Shown: positions 40,361-49,360 of the stretch, piece after piece | Numbering within the stretch: position 1 is the first letter of the stretch | How the letters are laid out: each line of letters begins with the position of its first letter | Source of the DNA: Armatimonadota bacterium | GTDB taxonomy: Bacteria; Armatimonadota; HRBIN16 | Direction: 5' to 3' | DNA length: 64,000 nt | Assembly: GCA_963677485.1 (NCBI GenBank) | Contig: OY781964.1 | Span: 416,001-480,000 of the forward strand | Program-made: the position numbers and the translations under genes | Notes under the pieces: generated by a model | What the model saw: the letters and a program-made list of their open reading frames with translations, nothing else | Database searches by the model: none | Told to the model about the DNA's origin: nothing

Positions 40361-40456
40361 GCACTCCTGTCACCACGCTTCAAGCACAAATGCCATTACT
40401 GATGTATTATATAAGGTGGCATTTTCTACCGAATAGAACATCAGCGGAGTGAGTTT

Positions 40457-41797
40457 ATGCAACGCAACACAATATTAGCTCTCGTAGCATCAGCTTGTGC
40501 TGTCGTGGCCATCGCGGCCTCGCCTGCAGCCAAGCTCTATCTCAAGGAGCGCTTCATTGGGGGGGAACCGCCAGCCCCCAATGTCATCACCGTCTGGCAC
40601 CCCTGGGGAGGCACCAACAAAGACAAGCTGGAACAAACAGCCCGCATCTTTGAGAAGAGCCACCCTGGCCTGAAAGTAAACCTCGTCTTCGTATCGAACA
40701 ACCTGGGAGCTGGGCAGAAGTTCTTCACATCAGTAGCCGCAGGTAAGGCACCGGATGTCACATTTGTTGACGGGCCGCAAGTACCGGAATGGGCGGTTCA
40801 AGGCGCTATTCAATCTTTGAATAAGTATATTAAGCGAGATAAGGTCAACCCTAACGACTTTTTCAAGCCCTGTTGGGACCAAAACCGGTGGGAAGGTCAG
40901 ACCTATGCGATGACTTTCTGCGCCGACCCTAACTTCGCCTTTGCCTGGAACAACGACGTGATGAAACGCGCCGGACTACCGGTCAACAGGCCACCACTAA
41001 CCATTGATGAGATGGACGCTTACAACGACAAGATGACCCAGCGGGCCAGTACAGGACGCCTGACAGGCATCGGCATCATCCCCTGGGCACAGTTCGGCGG
41101 GGCCAACTCCGTGTTTACCTGGGGCTGGGCCTTTGGTGGCGACTTCTACGATGCCAAAAACCGCAAGATCATCGCGGACAAGACCAAAGTGATGGACGCC
41201 TTCAAATGGATGATGTCATATGCGAAAAAGTATGATGCCACCAAGATCGCCAGCCTGTCACAAGGGTTTGGAAGCCTGGAGCAAGACCCCTTCTATACCG
41301 GCACCATCGGTATGCGCTGCTTCCACATCTACCAGGTCAACGACCAAAAGACCTACGCACCGAAGCTGAACTACGGGCTGGGATACATCCCCTACCCCAA
41401 AGGCGGCGAAAAGAACAGCTCCTGGGTGGGCGGCTGGTGCATGGCACTGCCACGCGGCTGTAAAAATCCTGACAACGGCTGGGAGTTCATCCGCTGGATG
41501 TGCGCCACTAAAGAAGGCACCAATACGATGGCGACCCTGAATGGCCTGTTCCCCGGTTTGAAAACCTGCCCATACTTTGAGACCATCAAGAACGACCCTA
41601 AATACGGTGTTTTCCTGGAAGTCATCAAAAACTGCAAACATCAGCGACCGGTGATGCCAGCCCAGAGCTACTTCATGCAGCAGTTGGAGCGCGCGTGTGA
41701 CCAAGCTACCAATGGGCTAAAAACACCAGAGCAGGCACTGCGTGACGCCGTGAGGGAAACGCAGGCTGAGCTTGATCTCAGGTTAAAGGGGAAGTAA
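40457..41797 (+). CDS. Carbohydrate ABC transporter solute-binding protein (CUT1)
   Basis: Hydrophobic N-terminus, ITVWHPWGG, AAGKAPDV, SWVGGW, GWEFIRWM. Confidence 0.88.
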   Translation: MQRNTILALVASACAVVAIAASPAAKLYLKERFIGGEPPAPNVITVWHPWGGTNKDKLEQTARIFEKSHPGLKVNLVFVSNNLGAGQKFFTSVAAGKAPDVTFVDGPQVPEWAVQGAIQSLNKYIKRDKVNPNDFFKPCWDQNRWEGQTYAMTFCADPNFAFAWNNDVMKRAGLPVNRPPLTIDEMDAYNDKMTQRASTGRLTGIGIIPWAQFGGANSVFTWGWAFGGDFYDAKNRKIIADKTKVMDAFKWMMSYAKKYDATKIASLSQGFGSLEQDPFYTGTIGMRCFHIYQVNDQKTYAPKLNYGLGYIPYPKGGEKNSSWVGGWCMALPRGCKNPDNGWEFIRWMCATKEGTNTMATLNGLFPGLKTCPYFETIKNDPKYGVFLEVIKNCKHQRPVMPAQSYFMQQLERACDQATNGLKTPEQALRDAVRETQAELDLRLKGK

Positions 41798-41800
41798 CTG

Positions 41801-42724
41801 ATGAGCCAGGACTTACAACACCGAAAATATGTCGGCGCAATCGAGCGCCGAAACCAGCGGAACGGCATACTGTTCTGTCTGCCATCGATCATCGGTTTGG
41901 CACTATTCACAGCCTTCCCGATTTTGGCATCCTTCTATTTCAGCTTCTGTAACTACGATGGACTGAACCCAGCGAAGTGGATAGGCTCCGCAAACTACGA
42001 GCGGCTGCTAACAGACCCTCTGGTGAAAGTGTCGCTTTACAACACCTTCTACTATGCCATCATCGCTGTGCCGCTAGGTATCGTGGTGGCCTACATACTG
42101 GCATTGCTGCTGAACCAGAAGGTGAAGGGCATGGCGTTATTCCGAACGCTCTTCTTCCTGCCCAGCATCGTGCCGACGGTCGCTAGCTCCGTGCTTTGGT
42201 TGTGGATATTGAACCCGCAATATGGTTTGATCAACGCCATCATTGAGAAGGTCACCCATCACGCAGGACCAGGATGGATGTCGGACCCGCACCTCGCGAA
42301 ATGGGGCCTCATTATGATGAGCACCTGGGGCGTGGGCGGATCGATGCTGATCTTCCTGGCGGGATTGCAGAATGTGCCGCAGGACCTTCTTGATGCCGCC
42401 GAGGTTGATGGCGCCACCCCATGGTATAAACTATGGCACGTCACCATCCCGATGACCAGTCCACAGATATTCTTCAACCTGATCATGGGCGTGATCGGCT
42501 CGCTGCAGTACTTCACGCAAGCCTACGTCATGACCGGCGGTATGGGAACCCCTGCCGACAGCACCCTGTTCTTCGCGCTCTATCTGTTCAAAAACGCCTT
42601 TATGGACTTCAAAATGGGCTACGCCAGTGCCATGGCCTGGCTGCTGTTTGTGGTCACCCTGGTGCTCACACTGGGCATCTTTAAAGGCTCAGATAAGCAC
42701 GTGTACTACGGGGGAGGGCGCTAA
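41801..42724 (+). CDS. Sugar ABC permease (MalF/UgpA type)
   Basis: FRTLFFLP, EAA-like loop LLDAAEVDGA, MGYASAMAW. Confidence 0.92.
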   Translation: MSQDLQHRKYVGAIERRNQRNGILFCLPSIIGLALFTAFPILASFYFSFCNYDGLNPAKWIGSANYERLLTDPLVKVSLYNTFYYAIIAVPLGIVVAYILALLLNQKVKGMALFRTLFFLPSIVPTVASSVLWLWILNPQYGLINAIIEKVTHHAGPGWMSDPHLAKWGLIMMSTWGVGGSMLIFLAGLQNVPQDLLDAAEVDGATPWYKLWHVTIPMTSPQIFFNLIMGVIGSLQYFTQAYVMTGGMGTPADSTLFFALYLFKNAFMDFKMGYASAMAWLLFVVTLVLTLGIFKGSDKHVYYGGGR

Positions 42725-42726
42725 GC

Positions 42727-43581
42727 ATGAGAAAGCGAAACACGCTGTCGAACTACATCGGCTTTGCGCTGCTGGTGATACTTAGCACCATCTTCACTCT
42801 GCCTTTTTACTGGCTTGTGACCAGTTCGTTCAAGACGAACGAGAACCTGAACAAGTTCCCACCGCAACTCTGGCCTACGCCAGCCACCAGTGAGCACTAT
42901 GTGCTCAGCCTGATAGGCAAGGCCTCCGAAGGTATCGTGCCGTTGCCGTGGGGGTTGTTCCTCTTGAACACCGTCATCATCTGCGTGCTGAGTGTGGCGG
43001 GTGTGCTGATCAGCAGCTCGCTGGTGGCTTATGGCCTGTCGCGCATTCAGTGGAAAGGCAGCAACGCGCTGTTCTGGTTACTGATCAGCACGATGATGCT
43101 TCCGGGTCAGGTGACTATGATCCCCATGTTCGCCATGTTCACGAAGTTCGGCTGGGTTGATACCTTCCTGCCGCTCGTGGTTCCAGCATTCACAGGTCAG
43201 GCCTTCAACATCTTCTTGTTGAGGCAGTTCTACCTGACGGTGCCGCAGGCGATCACCGAGGCGGCGCGTCTAGACGGCTGCAATGAGTTCCAGATATACC
43301 GCAGGATCATGCTGCCGTTGGCCGTGCCCGCATTGGCCACCGTTGGTCTGTTCACCTTCATTGGAAGCTGGAACGACTTCATGGGTCCATTGATCTACCT
43401 CTTCGATGAGAGCCGTTACACGCTGTCTCTGGGACTTCAGATGTTCCTCAGCCAGTATGGCAACTTCTTCGGGCGCCTGATGGCCATGTCCACATTGATG
43501 GTCATCCCGATTATCCTGCTGTTCTTCTTCGCACAGAAGACGTTCATCCAGGGAATCACCATGGGCGGCGTGAAGGAATAA
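42727..43581 (+). CDS. Sugar ABC permease (MalG/UgpE type)
   Basis: IFLLRQFY, EAARLDGC, WNDFMGPLIYL. Confidence 0.92.
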   Translation: MRKRNTLSNYIGFALLVILSTIFTLPFYWLVTSSFKTNENLNKFPPQLWPTPATSEHYVLSLIGKASEGIVPLPWGLFLLNTVIICVLSVAGVLISSSLVAYGLSRIQWKGSNALFWLLISTMMLPGQVTMIPMFAMFTKFGWVDTFLPLVVPAFTGQAFNIFLLRQFYLTVPQAITEAARLDGCNEFQIYRRIMLPLAVPALATVGLFTFIGSWNDFMGPLIYLFDESRYTLSLGLQMFLSQYGNFFGRLMAMSTLMVIPIILLFFFAQKTFIQGITMGGVKE

Positions 43582-43591
43582 ACCTGCGCAC

Positions 43592-43700
43592 AGGGGCGAC
43601 CGTCGGTCGCCCCTACCCCCTGGGGACGCCAATCTCCCGATTGGCTCTCTCGTATTCTAGCCACACAGGAACATGCCAATCGGGAGATTGGCGTGCCCAG
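43592..43700. repeat. REP cluster: one GTAG-type REP plus an inverted doublet of the GCCAATCGGGAGATTGGC REP
   Basis: AGGGGCGACCGTCGGTCGCCCCTAC (43592-43616); CTGGGGACGCCAATCTCCCGATTGGC and GCCAATCGGGAGATTGGCGTGCCCAG; lies between convergent genes. Confidence 0.85.
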
Positions 43701-43720
43701 AATGGTCCCCAACCATTCCC

Positions 43721-44461
43721 CTACAAATAGCTCACGCGTCCCTTGTAGCGGGCGAGTAACGCCGCGTTGTATTCATCCCCGCCATCGAGGTTCGCGCTGC
43801 GGAACACCGGCGGTTCTACATCCATCGCCACCAGCAACGCTGATGTCTCGGCCACCAGACTGTTGATGATCGCGCAGCCGATCACGCTGCTGGTGGGTGA
43901 ACACAACCCGGGCATACCATCCACATGAACCGCGGCGTCACCGGGTACACCACAGTTATCAATCACCAAATCGACCACTTCAAACAGCCTGGAGCTGCCC
44001 GCTCTTGCCGCCACAGACTGACTGTATTTCATATTTGTGATGGCCACCACCTTCGCGCCTCGCTGCCGCCCGATCTGAGCCGCCTCTACCGCCACCGCAT
44101 TCCGGCCCGACACGCTGTGTACAATCATCACATCACTGGGCGTGATATCCACGCCCTTCATGAATACACCGGCATACCCCGGCAAACGTTCCAGATCGCT
44201 TGTGGTGGGGAAAGGCCGCACATCTGGGGTCAGACCGGTCGGCACGATCGGGCTTACGCAGGCCAGCCCTCCCGCGCGATAGAACATCTCGTAGGCCAGT
44301 ATGAAGGCATGGCTGGCTCCGAAGGTGTGGATCACGCGACCCGCAGCGATTGCTTCTGCCATCCACTCCGCGGTGGTATGGATCGCTTCATTCTGCGTAG
44401 CCTGAAGTTCATCCAGTTGCTGCCGTATGATATCCAAATATTGCTCTAGCATCTCAAGCAC
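43721..44461 (-). CDS. SIS-domain sugar-phosphate isomerase-like protein (UPF0309-like)
   Basis: HTFGASHA, EMFYRAGGL, SVSGRN, VIDNC..GDA, PPVFRSAN. Confidence 0.85.
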   Translation of the reverse strand: MLEMLEQYLDIIRQQLDELQATQNEAIHTTAEWMAEAIAAGRVIHTFGASHAFILAYEMFYRAGGLACVSPIVPTGLTPDVRPFPTTSDLERLPGYAGVFMKGVDITPSDVMIVHSVSGRNAVAVEAAQIGRQRGAKVVAITNMKYSQSVAARAGSSRLFEVVDLVIDNCGVPGDAAVHVDGMPGLCSPTSSVIGCAIINSLVAETSALLVAMDVEPPVFRSANLDGGDEYNAALLARYKGRVSYL

Positions 44462-44596
44462 TCCCGTGGGATTTCGTTCAATTCAGTTTACCGTATCATG
44501 TTTCAGCAGGGAATGGTAGCTGAGGTGGCGTAATAGTAACTAAACGGTCTCTGAATGAGAGATACCTCAAGACGCACAAGGAGAACTCATACGCAT

Positions 44597-45403
44597 ATGT
44601 TCAGCACATCACAGCTTCAAAACGGCTGGAACCAACTGGTCTCACCCGGTGAAATGCAATACCTCAGCTTCGGAGTTTGGAGCGCAGAGGTGGGTCAGCA
44701 CTACACACTGTTCAGTGAACAGAATGAGGTCGCCATCGTCGTGCTATCGGGTAAAGTGGATGTCAGCGGTGCTGATGTCAATATGAAGGGCTTTGGTGGG
44801 CGTACCAACGTCTTCCAGTCTCCCGGACACAGCCTCTACCTACCCAACAATATCGAGATCACCCTCACCGCCACGGAACCCACAGAAGTGGCCATCATCA
44901 GCACGGCTGTGGAGGTTTCGGGGCCTGTCTGCGTGATCCGTCCTGAGCAGGTTGCCATCAAGAGCGTGGGCATACACAACTGGCGGCGTGACGTTCGCGA
45001 TATCATCGACAAGCGTGTACCCGCGAAACGGCTGATCGTGGGCGAAACCATCAACCCGCCCGGTAACTGGAGCAGTTGGCCGCCACACAAACATGATGTG
45101 GACGACTATCCTGTGGAAGTATGCCAAGAAGAGGTTTACTTCTATAAGGTGATGCCCTCGGATAGTTTTGGGTTTCAGAGAACCTACACGGACGACCGCA
45201 GCCTGGATGCCGCTTATGTGATCGAACAGAACTCGGTTGTCAAGATTGACAAGGGGTATCACCCGGTGGCAGCCGCTCCCGGCACGCAGCTTTACTACCT
45301 GTGGGCTCTGGCAGGCGAGCAGCGCGAGTTGATCCCGCACGATGCACCCAACTTCGCCTGGATGAAAAACGCAGAGGCGATCATACGCGAGGTCAAGCGG
45401 TAA
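44597..45403 (+). CDS. iolB: 5-deoxy-glucuronate isomerase (IolB/KduI cupin family)
   Basis: GNWSSWPPHKHD, EEVYFY, GYHPVAAAPG, YYLWALAG; AAGGAG upstream of ATG 44597. Confidence 0.85.
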   Translation: MFSTSQLQNGWNQLVSPGEMQYLSFGVWSAEVGQHYTLFSEQNEVAIVVLSGKVDVSGADVNMKGFGGRTNVFQSPGHSLYLPNNIEITLTATEPTEVAIISTAVEVSGPVCVIRPEQVAIKSVGIHNWRRDVRDIIDKRVPAKRLIVGETINPPGNWSSWPPHKHDVDDYPVEVCQEEVYFYKVMPSDSFGFQRTYTDDRSLDAAYVIEQNSVVKIDKGYHPVAAAPGTQLYYLWALAGEQRELIPHDAPNFAWMKNAEAIIREVKR

Positions 45404-45419
45404 CGCAGGAGGTATAATC

Positions 45420-46649
45420 ATGAAACGCTACGCATTTGCAGGGGCTAGCGGACGGTGCGACGGTATGTATGCCCGTCCGATGTTTGAGCAGTATGCCGAC
45501 ACCTGCCAGTTGGTGGGCATCTATGACATCAATGTCGTGCGGTCCAACTACATCAGCAAGCGGTGCGGTGACATCCCTGTCTTCACGGACTTCGACGAGA
45601 TGCTGCGCGTGGGCAAACCCGATGTCGTGGTGGTGACCACCAAAGACTGCTTCCACCACGAGTACATCATCCGTGCGCTGGAAGCCGGATGTGACGCCAT
45701 CACCGAAAAGCCGATGACCACAGACGACGCCAAGGTGCGTGCGATCCGCGAGGCTGAGAAACGGACCGGCAAGAAGGTGATCGTCACCTTCAACTACCGA
45801 TATGCGCCGTACATCAGCCGCGTCAAGGAGCTGCTCCGCGAGGGGCTGGTGGGAGACATCCTACACGTGGACTTCGAGTGGGTGCTGGACACGCATCACG
45901 GTGCTGACTACTTCCGGCGCTGGCACCGCATGGTGGAAAACGGAGGCAGCCTGCTGGTTCATAAGGCCACCCATCACTTTGATATGGTCAACTGGTGGAT
46001 CGAAGATGACCCGCAGCAAGTTCATGCCTATGGCAGCCTGCGGTTCTATGGAGCCGCCGGCAAAATCCGCGGTGAACGCTGTCTGGGCTGTCAGCATTCC
46101 AACGACTGTGAATACTGGTGGGACATCACAGCAAATGAGCAGACACGGCAGTTTTACTACGAAGCCGAATCTGAGGATAGCTACCACCGCGACGGCTGCG
46201 TGTTTGACCCAGAGATCAATATCTGGGACACCATGAGCCTGAACGTGAAATACCAGCACGGCCCACTGATGACCTACAGCCTGATTGCACACAGCCCATA
46301 CGAAGGCTGGCGGGCCACCATCAGCGGTACCAATGGCCGCATTGAGGCATGGGAATATCATAGCCGCAACTACCAGGCCGAGGCCGATTACCAGACCATC
46401 CACTACTATAACCGCAAGAACGAGCTGGTGGAGTATCATGTGCCAAAAGCTCGCAGCGGTCATGGCGGCGGTGACACGCTGTTGCGCGACCACCTGTTCA
46501 TCGAGAAGGATCACAAAGATCCGCTCGGGTTGCGCGCTGGAAGCTGGGGAGGCTCGATGTCGGTGCTCATCGGAGTGGCCGCCAGGGAGAGTATCTACCA
46601 GCAAAAGCCGATCAATATCGCGGATCTGATCCGGGAATCGCTCCCTTAA
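45420..46649 (+). CDS. Gfo/Idh/MocA NAD-dependent oxidoreductase (YteT-like)
   Basis: ITEKPM, FNYRY, HGADYFRRWHR, LLVHKATHHFD, GHGGGD. Confidence 0.88.
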   Translation: MKRYAFAGASGRCDGMYARPMFEQYADTCQLVGIYDINVVRSNYISKRCGDIPVFTDFDEMLRVGKPDVVVVTTKDCFHHEYIIRALEAGCDAITEKPMTTDDAKVRAIREAEKRTGKKVIVTFNYRYAPYISRVKELLREGLVGDILHVDFEWVLDTHHGADYFRRWHRMVENGGSLLVHKATHHFDMVNWWIEDDPQQVHAYGSLRFYGAAGKIRGERCLGCQHSNDCEYWWDITANEQTRQFYYEAESEDSYHRDGCVFDPEINIWDTMSLNVKYQHGPLMTYSLIAHSPYEGWRATISGTNGRIEAWEYHSRNYQAEADYQTIHYYNRKNELVEYHVPKARSGHGGGDTLLRDHLFIEKDHKDPLGLRAGSWGGSMSVLIGVAARESIYQQKPINIADLIRESLP

Positions 46650-46807
46650 ACGTCTCCATCAATGCCGGGTGGCTCGATCATATCTAGCCACTTGCACCCG
46701 CATTAAGATTGTGTTATGACGTACTGGAGCTATGCTCTGGGTCCATCCTTGGCCCACCGGATCGGGAATACCATATCACGAGATCGGTACGTAGTATAGG
46801 AGGCAAT

Positions 46808-47104
46808 ATGACCATAGTTGTCAACCGACGCGGAGTGTTCACCTTGAGTGAAAAAGCCGAAAAGCGGTTGAGAGAACTAGGCCTGAGCGAAGAGCTTGCA
46901 GAAAGATTTCGTTACGATCGTCGTTTAGACCGCAGTCACCCGCTATTGGTGAAGGTGGTTGAGGAGCTTGGACTAGAGGCTAACGGCAGCTATGCCGATT
47001 TAGCACTGGTTGAGGTTCCTGATGACACCAAGTGGTATGTCGCTAGTTGGTACGGTCGCGAAGTCGTCAAAGGCTCAAACCGCATATGGCCTGAGAAATT
47101 CTAA
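46808..47104 (+). CDS. Small conserved protein of a family typical of tailed phages and giant viruses
   Basis: AGGAGG RBS; IVVN..G.FTLS..A, R.HPLLVKVVEELG..ANG.YA.L..VEVPDD..W, RIW motifs recalled from phage hypothetical proteins. Confidence 0.7.
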   Translation: MTIVVNRRGVFTLSEKAEKRLRELGLSEELAERFRYDRRLDRSHPLLVKVVEELGLEANGSYADLALVEVPDDTKWYVASWYGREVVKGSNRIWPEKF

Positions 47105-47124
47105 TCCATCTTTCCATCCATTTC

Positions 47125-47155
47125 AGTCCCTGGGTTATCACCCAGGGACTTTTTT
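47125..47155 (+). terminator. Intrinsic terminator
   Basis: AGTCCCTGGGT-tatc-ACCCAGGGACT followed by TTTTT. Confidence 0.88.
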
Positions 47156-47214
47156 GTTGGGGCCGGGGCCGCACTGCCCGCGGGCCAACTCCCGAAGCTC
47201 CCATCCGATGCCCC

Positions 47215-49050
47215 CTATGTGCGGAAGAACTCGTAGATGCGCTCTGCTAGCGCCGGGGTGATGCCAGGGCACTGGATCAACTGGTCCACGCCCGCATCGC
47301 GCACCTTACTGACGCTTCGGAAGTGCTTGATCAACGCCCGTTTGCGCGTGGGGCCGATGCCCTCAATCTCATCCAAAGCACTGCTGGTGGAGCGCTTGAG
47401 CCGTAGTTTGCGGTTATACTCGATGCTGAATCGGTGCGCCTCATCACGAACATGCATCAGCAACAGCAGCTCTGGGGCCTCCTTGAGTATTAACATCGGC
47501 TCACTCTGGTTGGGCAGGAAGACCTCTTCAAACCGCTTCGCTAATCCCAGGGCAGGGATGCTGAGCTTCTGCTCCGCCAGCACCTCCATGCAGATGCCAA
47601 GCTGTCCCTTCCCGCCATCGATCAGCAGCAGGTCGGGCAGCTCTCGGAATTTGGGGTTGTTCGCCTTCGCTTCGTTGAACCGCCTGGTCAACACCTCGCG
47701 CATCATCTCATAGTCATTGGGGGCGTCGTACTCCATCTTAATGGCAAACCGGCGGTAGTCCTTCCGGCTGGGGGCAGCGTCCTTCATCACTACCATCACG
47801 CCCACGCTGTCGTGCCCCTGCAGTGTGGAGATGTCATACGCTTCGATGCGCCGCGGCAGCTGCGGCAGCTTCAGACGCGCCTGCAGGGCCAACATGGCGG
47901 CCTCCTGGCGCGCGTGCGACTTGCTGTAGCGGTCGTGCTCCTGCTCCAGCGTGAGACGGGCGTTGGTCACCGCCATGTCCAGCAGGTTCTTGCGTTCGCC
48001 ACGCTGCGGCACCAACATCGCCACCTTGTGCCCCTGCTTCTGCCGGAGCCACTGCTCTATGATATGCGCCTCTTCCACTTGGGCTGGCATGATGATCTCG
48101 CTGGGGATGTCCTGGCTCTGCTGGTAGTATTGCTTGACAAACTCCTGCAGTGCTTCGTTCTGCTCCTCTTCGGCAGCCCCTTCCAGCATGAAGTGCTGCT
48201 GGCCAATTAGCTTGCCGTTTCGGATGAAGAACATCTGAACCAGGCTCTGCTCGTTGTCCGACACAAACGCCAGGACATCCTTGTCGACCATGTCGGTATT
48301 GAGCACTTTCTGTCGTTCGTTGATCTGCTCCACCGCGGTGATCTGGTCGCGCAGGGAGGCCGCCCGCTCGAACTCCAGCTTCTCGGCCGCCGCTTCCATG
48401 CGTTCTCGCAGGTTGACAAGCACGCTCTCGGTCTTGCCCTCCAGGAACCGCTCCACACCGCGCACAGACTGCACGTAATCGTCCTTGTCGGCCAATCCGG
48501 CACAGGGAGCGGGGCATTTGCCCAGATGGTAGAAAAGACACGGTTTTTGGGGCCGCGAGGGGTTATGCTCCTTACCGCAGGTGCAGACATGGAACAGCCC
48601 GTTCAACAAGTTGATGGTTTCATAGATGGTCTTGCTGCTGGAGTACGGCCCGAAATAGCGGTCGCCGTTTTGCACCACCCTCCGCGTCAGCTTCAAGCGT
48701 GGGTATGCTTCGCTTTTGGTGAGCACTAAAAATGGGTAGTGTTTGTCATCACGCAGCCGGATGTTGTAGTTCGGCCGGTAGCGTTTGATCAGGTTGCATT
48801 CCAGCACCAGTGCTTCCAGCTCGGTGTCGGTGACGATCCACTCAAGGTCAGCGATTTTCCGCACCAGCCGTTTGGTCTTGTTGCTGTGGTTTACGCTGGC
48901 TTGAAAGTAGCTTCGCACGCGGTTACGCAGATTCACCGCTTTGCCTACATATATCACCACCTCGTGCTCATCACGGTAGATGTAACAACCGGAGTTGGTG
49001 GGAAGCATCCTCAGCTTCTCTTCAATATGTTCTTGAAATTGCTTGTTCAC
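47215..49050 (-). CDS. uvrC: Excinuclease ABC subunit C
   Basis: GCYIY/YVGKA GIY-YIG, RIEAYDIS, PDLLLIDGGKGQL, RDEAHRF, HhH IEGIGP. Confidence 0.97.
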   Translation of the reverse strand: MNKQFQEHIEEKLRMLPTNSGCYIYRDEHEVVIYVGKAVNLRNRVRSYFQASVNHSNKTKRLVRKIADLEWIVTDTELEALVLECNLIKRYRPNYNIRLRDDKHYPFLVLTKSEAYPRLKLTRRVVQNGDRYFGPYSSSKTIYETINLLNGLFHVCTCGKEHNPSRPQKPCLFYHLGKCPAPCAGLADKDDYVQSVRGVERFLEGKTESVLVNLRERMEAAAEKLEFERAASLRDQITAVEQINERQKVLNTDMVDKDVLAFVSDNEQSLVQMFFIRNGKLIGQQHFMLEGAAEEEQNEALQEFVKQYYQQSQDIPSEIIMPAQVEEAHIIEQWLRQKQGHKVAMLVPQRGERKNLLDMAVTNARLTLEQEHDRYSKSHARQEAAMLALQARLKLPQLPRRIEAYDISTLQGHDSVGVMVVMKDAAPSRKDYRRFAIKMEYDAPNDYEMMREVLTRRFNEAKANNPKFRELPDLLLIDGGKGQLGICMEVLAEQKLSIPALGLAKRFEEVFLPNQSEPMLILKEAPELLLLMHVRDEAHRFSIEYNRKLRLKRSTSSALDEIEGIGPTRKRALIKHFRSVSKVRDAGVDQLIQCPGITPALAERIYEFFRT

Positions 49051-49056
49051 AGATTT

Positions 49057-49065
49057 AGTTTAGCA
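49057..49065 (-). promoter_or_regulatory. Extended -10 promoter, probably leaderless uvrC mRNA
   Basis: TGCTAAACT ends 6 nt before the GTG start; no SD sequence. Confidence 0.6.
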
Positions 49066-49124
49066 TGGGGGGATTGATGCGGGCCAGAAGGCGACGGGTG
49101 AGGGGGTGATCCGTATGTGTGATT

Positions 49125-49287
49125 GGCTAAGTCCGGGGCGGTCTTTCAGTACGCTAACAATCGCAACAGGCTGTAGACCGCGCCGGTCTTGTTCTCGAAA
49201 CCGAACTTAGGGGCTATCCGCCAGACCGGTGCGGTCTTGGGCCTTCTGCATCCGCTAGCCTGAGCACAGACCGCCCCGGACATAGCC
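49125..49287. repeat. REPIN/BIME-like nested palindromic element, copy 2
   Basis: GGCTAAGTCCGGGGCGGTCT...AGACCGCGCCGGTCT...AGACCGGTGCGGTCT...AGACCGCCCCGGACATAGCC; reverse-complement homologue of 4128-4288. Confidence 0.85.
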
Positions 49288-49360
49288 TATGCTTGCAGGT
49301 AACCAAGGCGGACAGTCATTCGAAATAAAGCACCCACGCACTGTCCGCCCCAATCACTCC

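Noticed and set aside
46650-47215. Prophage remnant
   Set aside because: Only one phage-like gene; no integrase, structural genes or flanking direct repeats.
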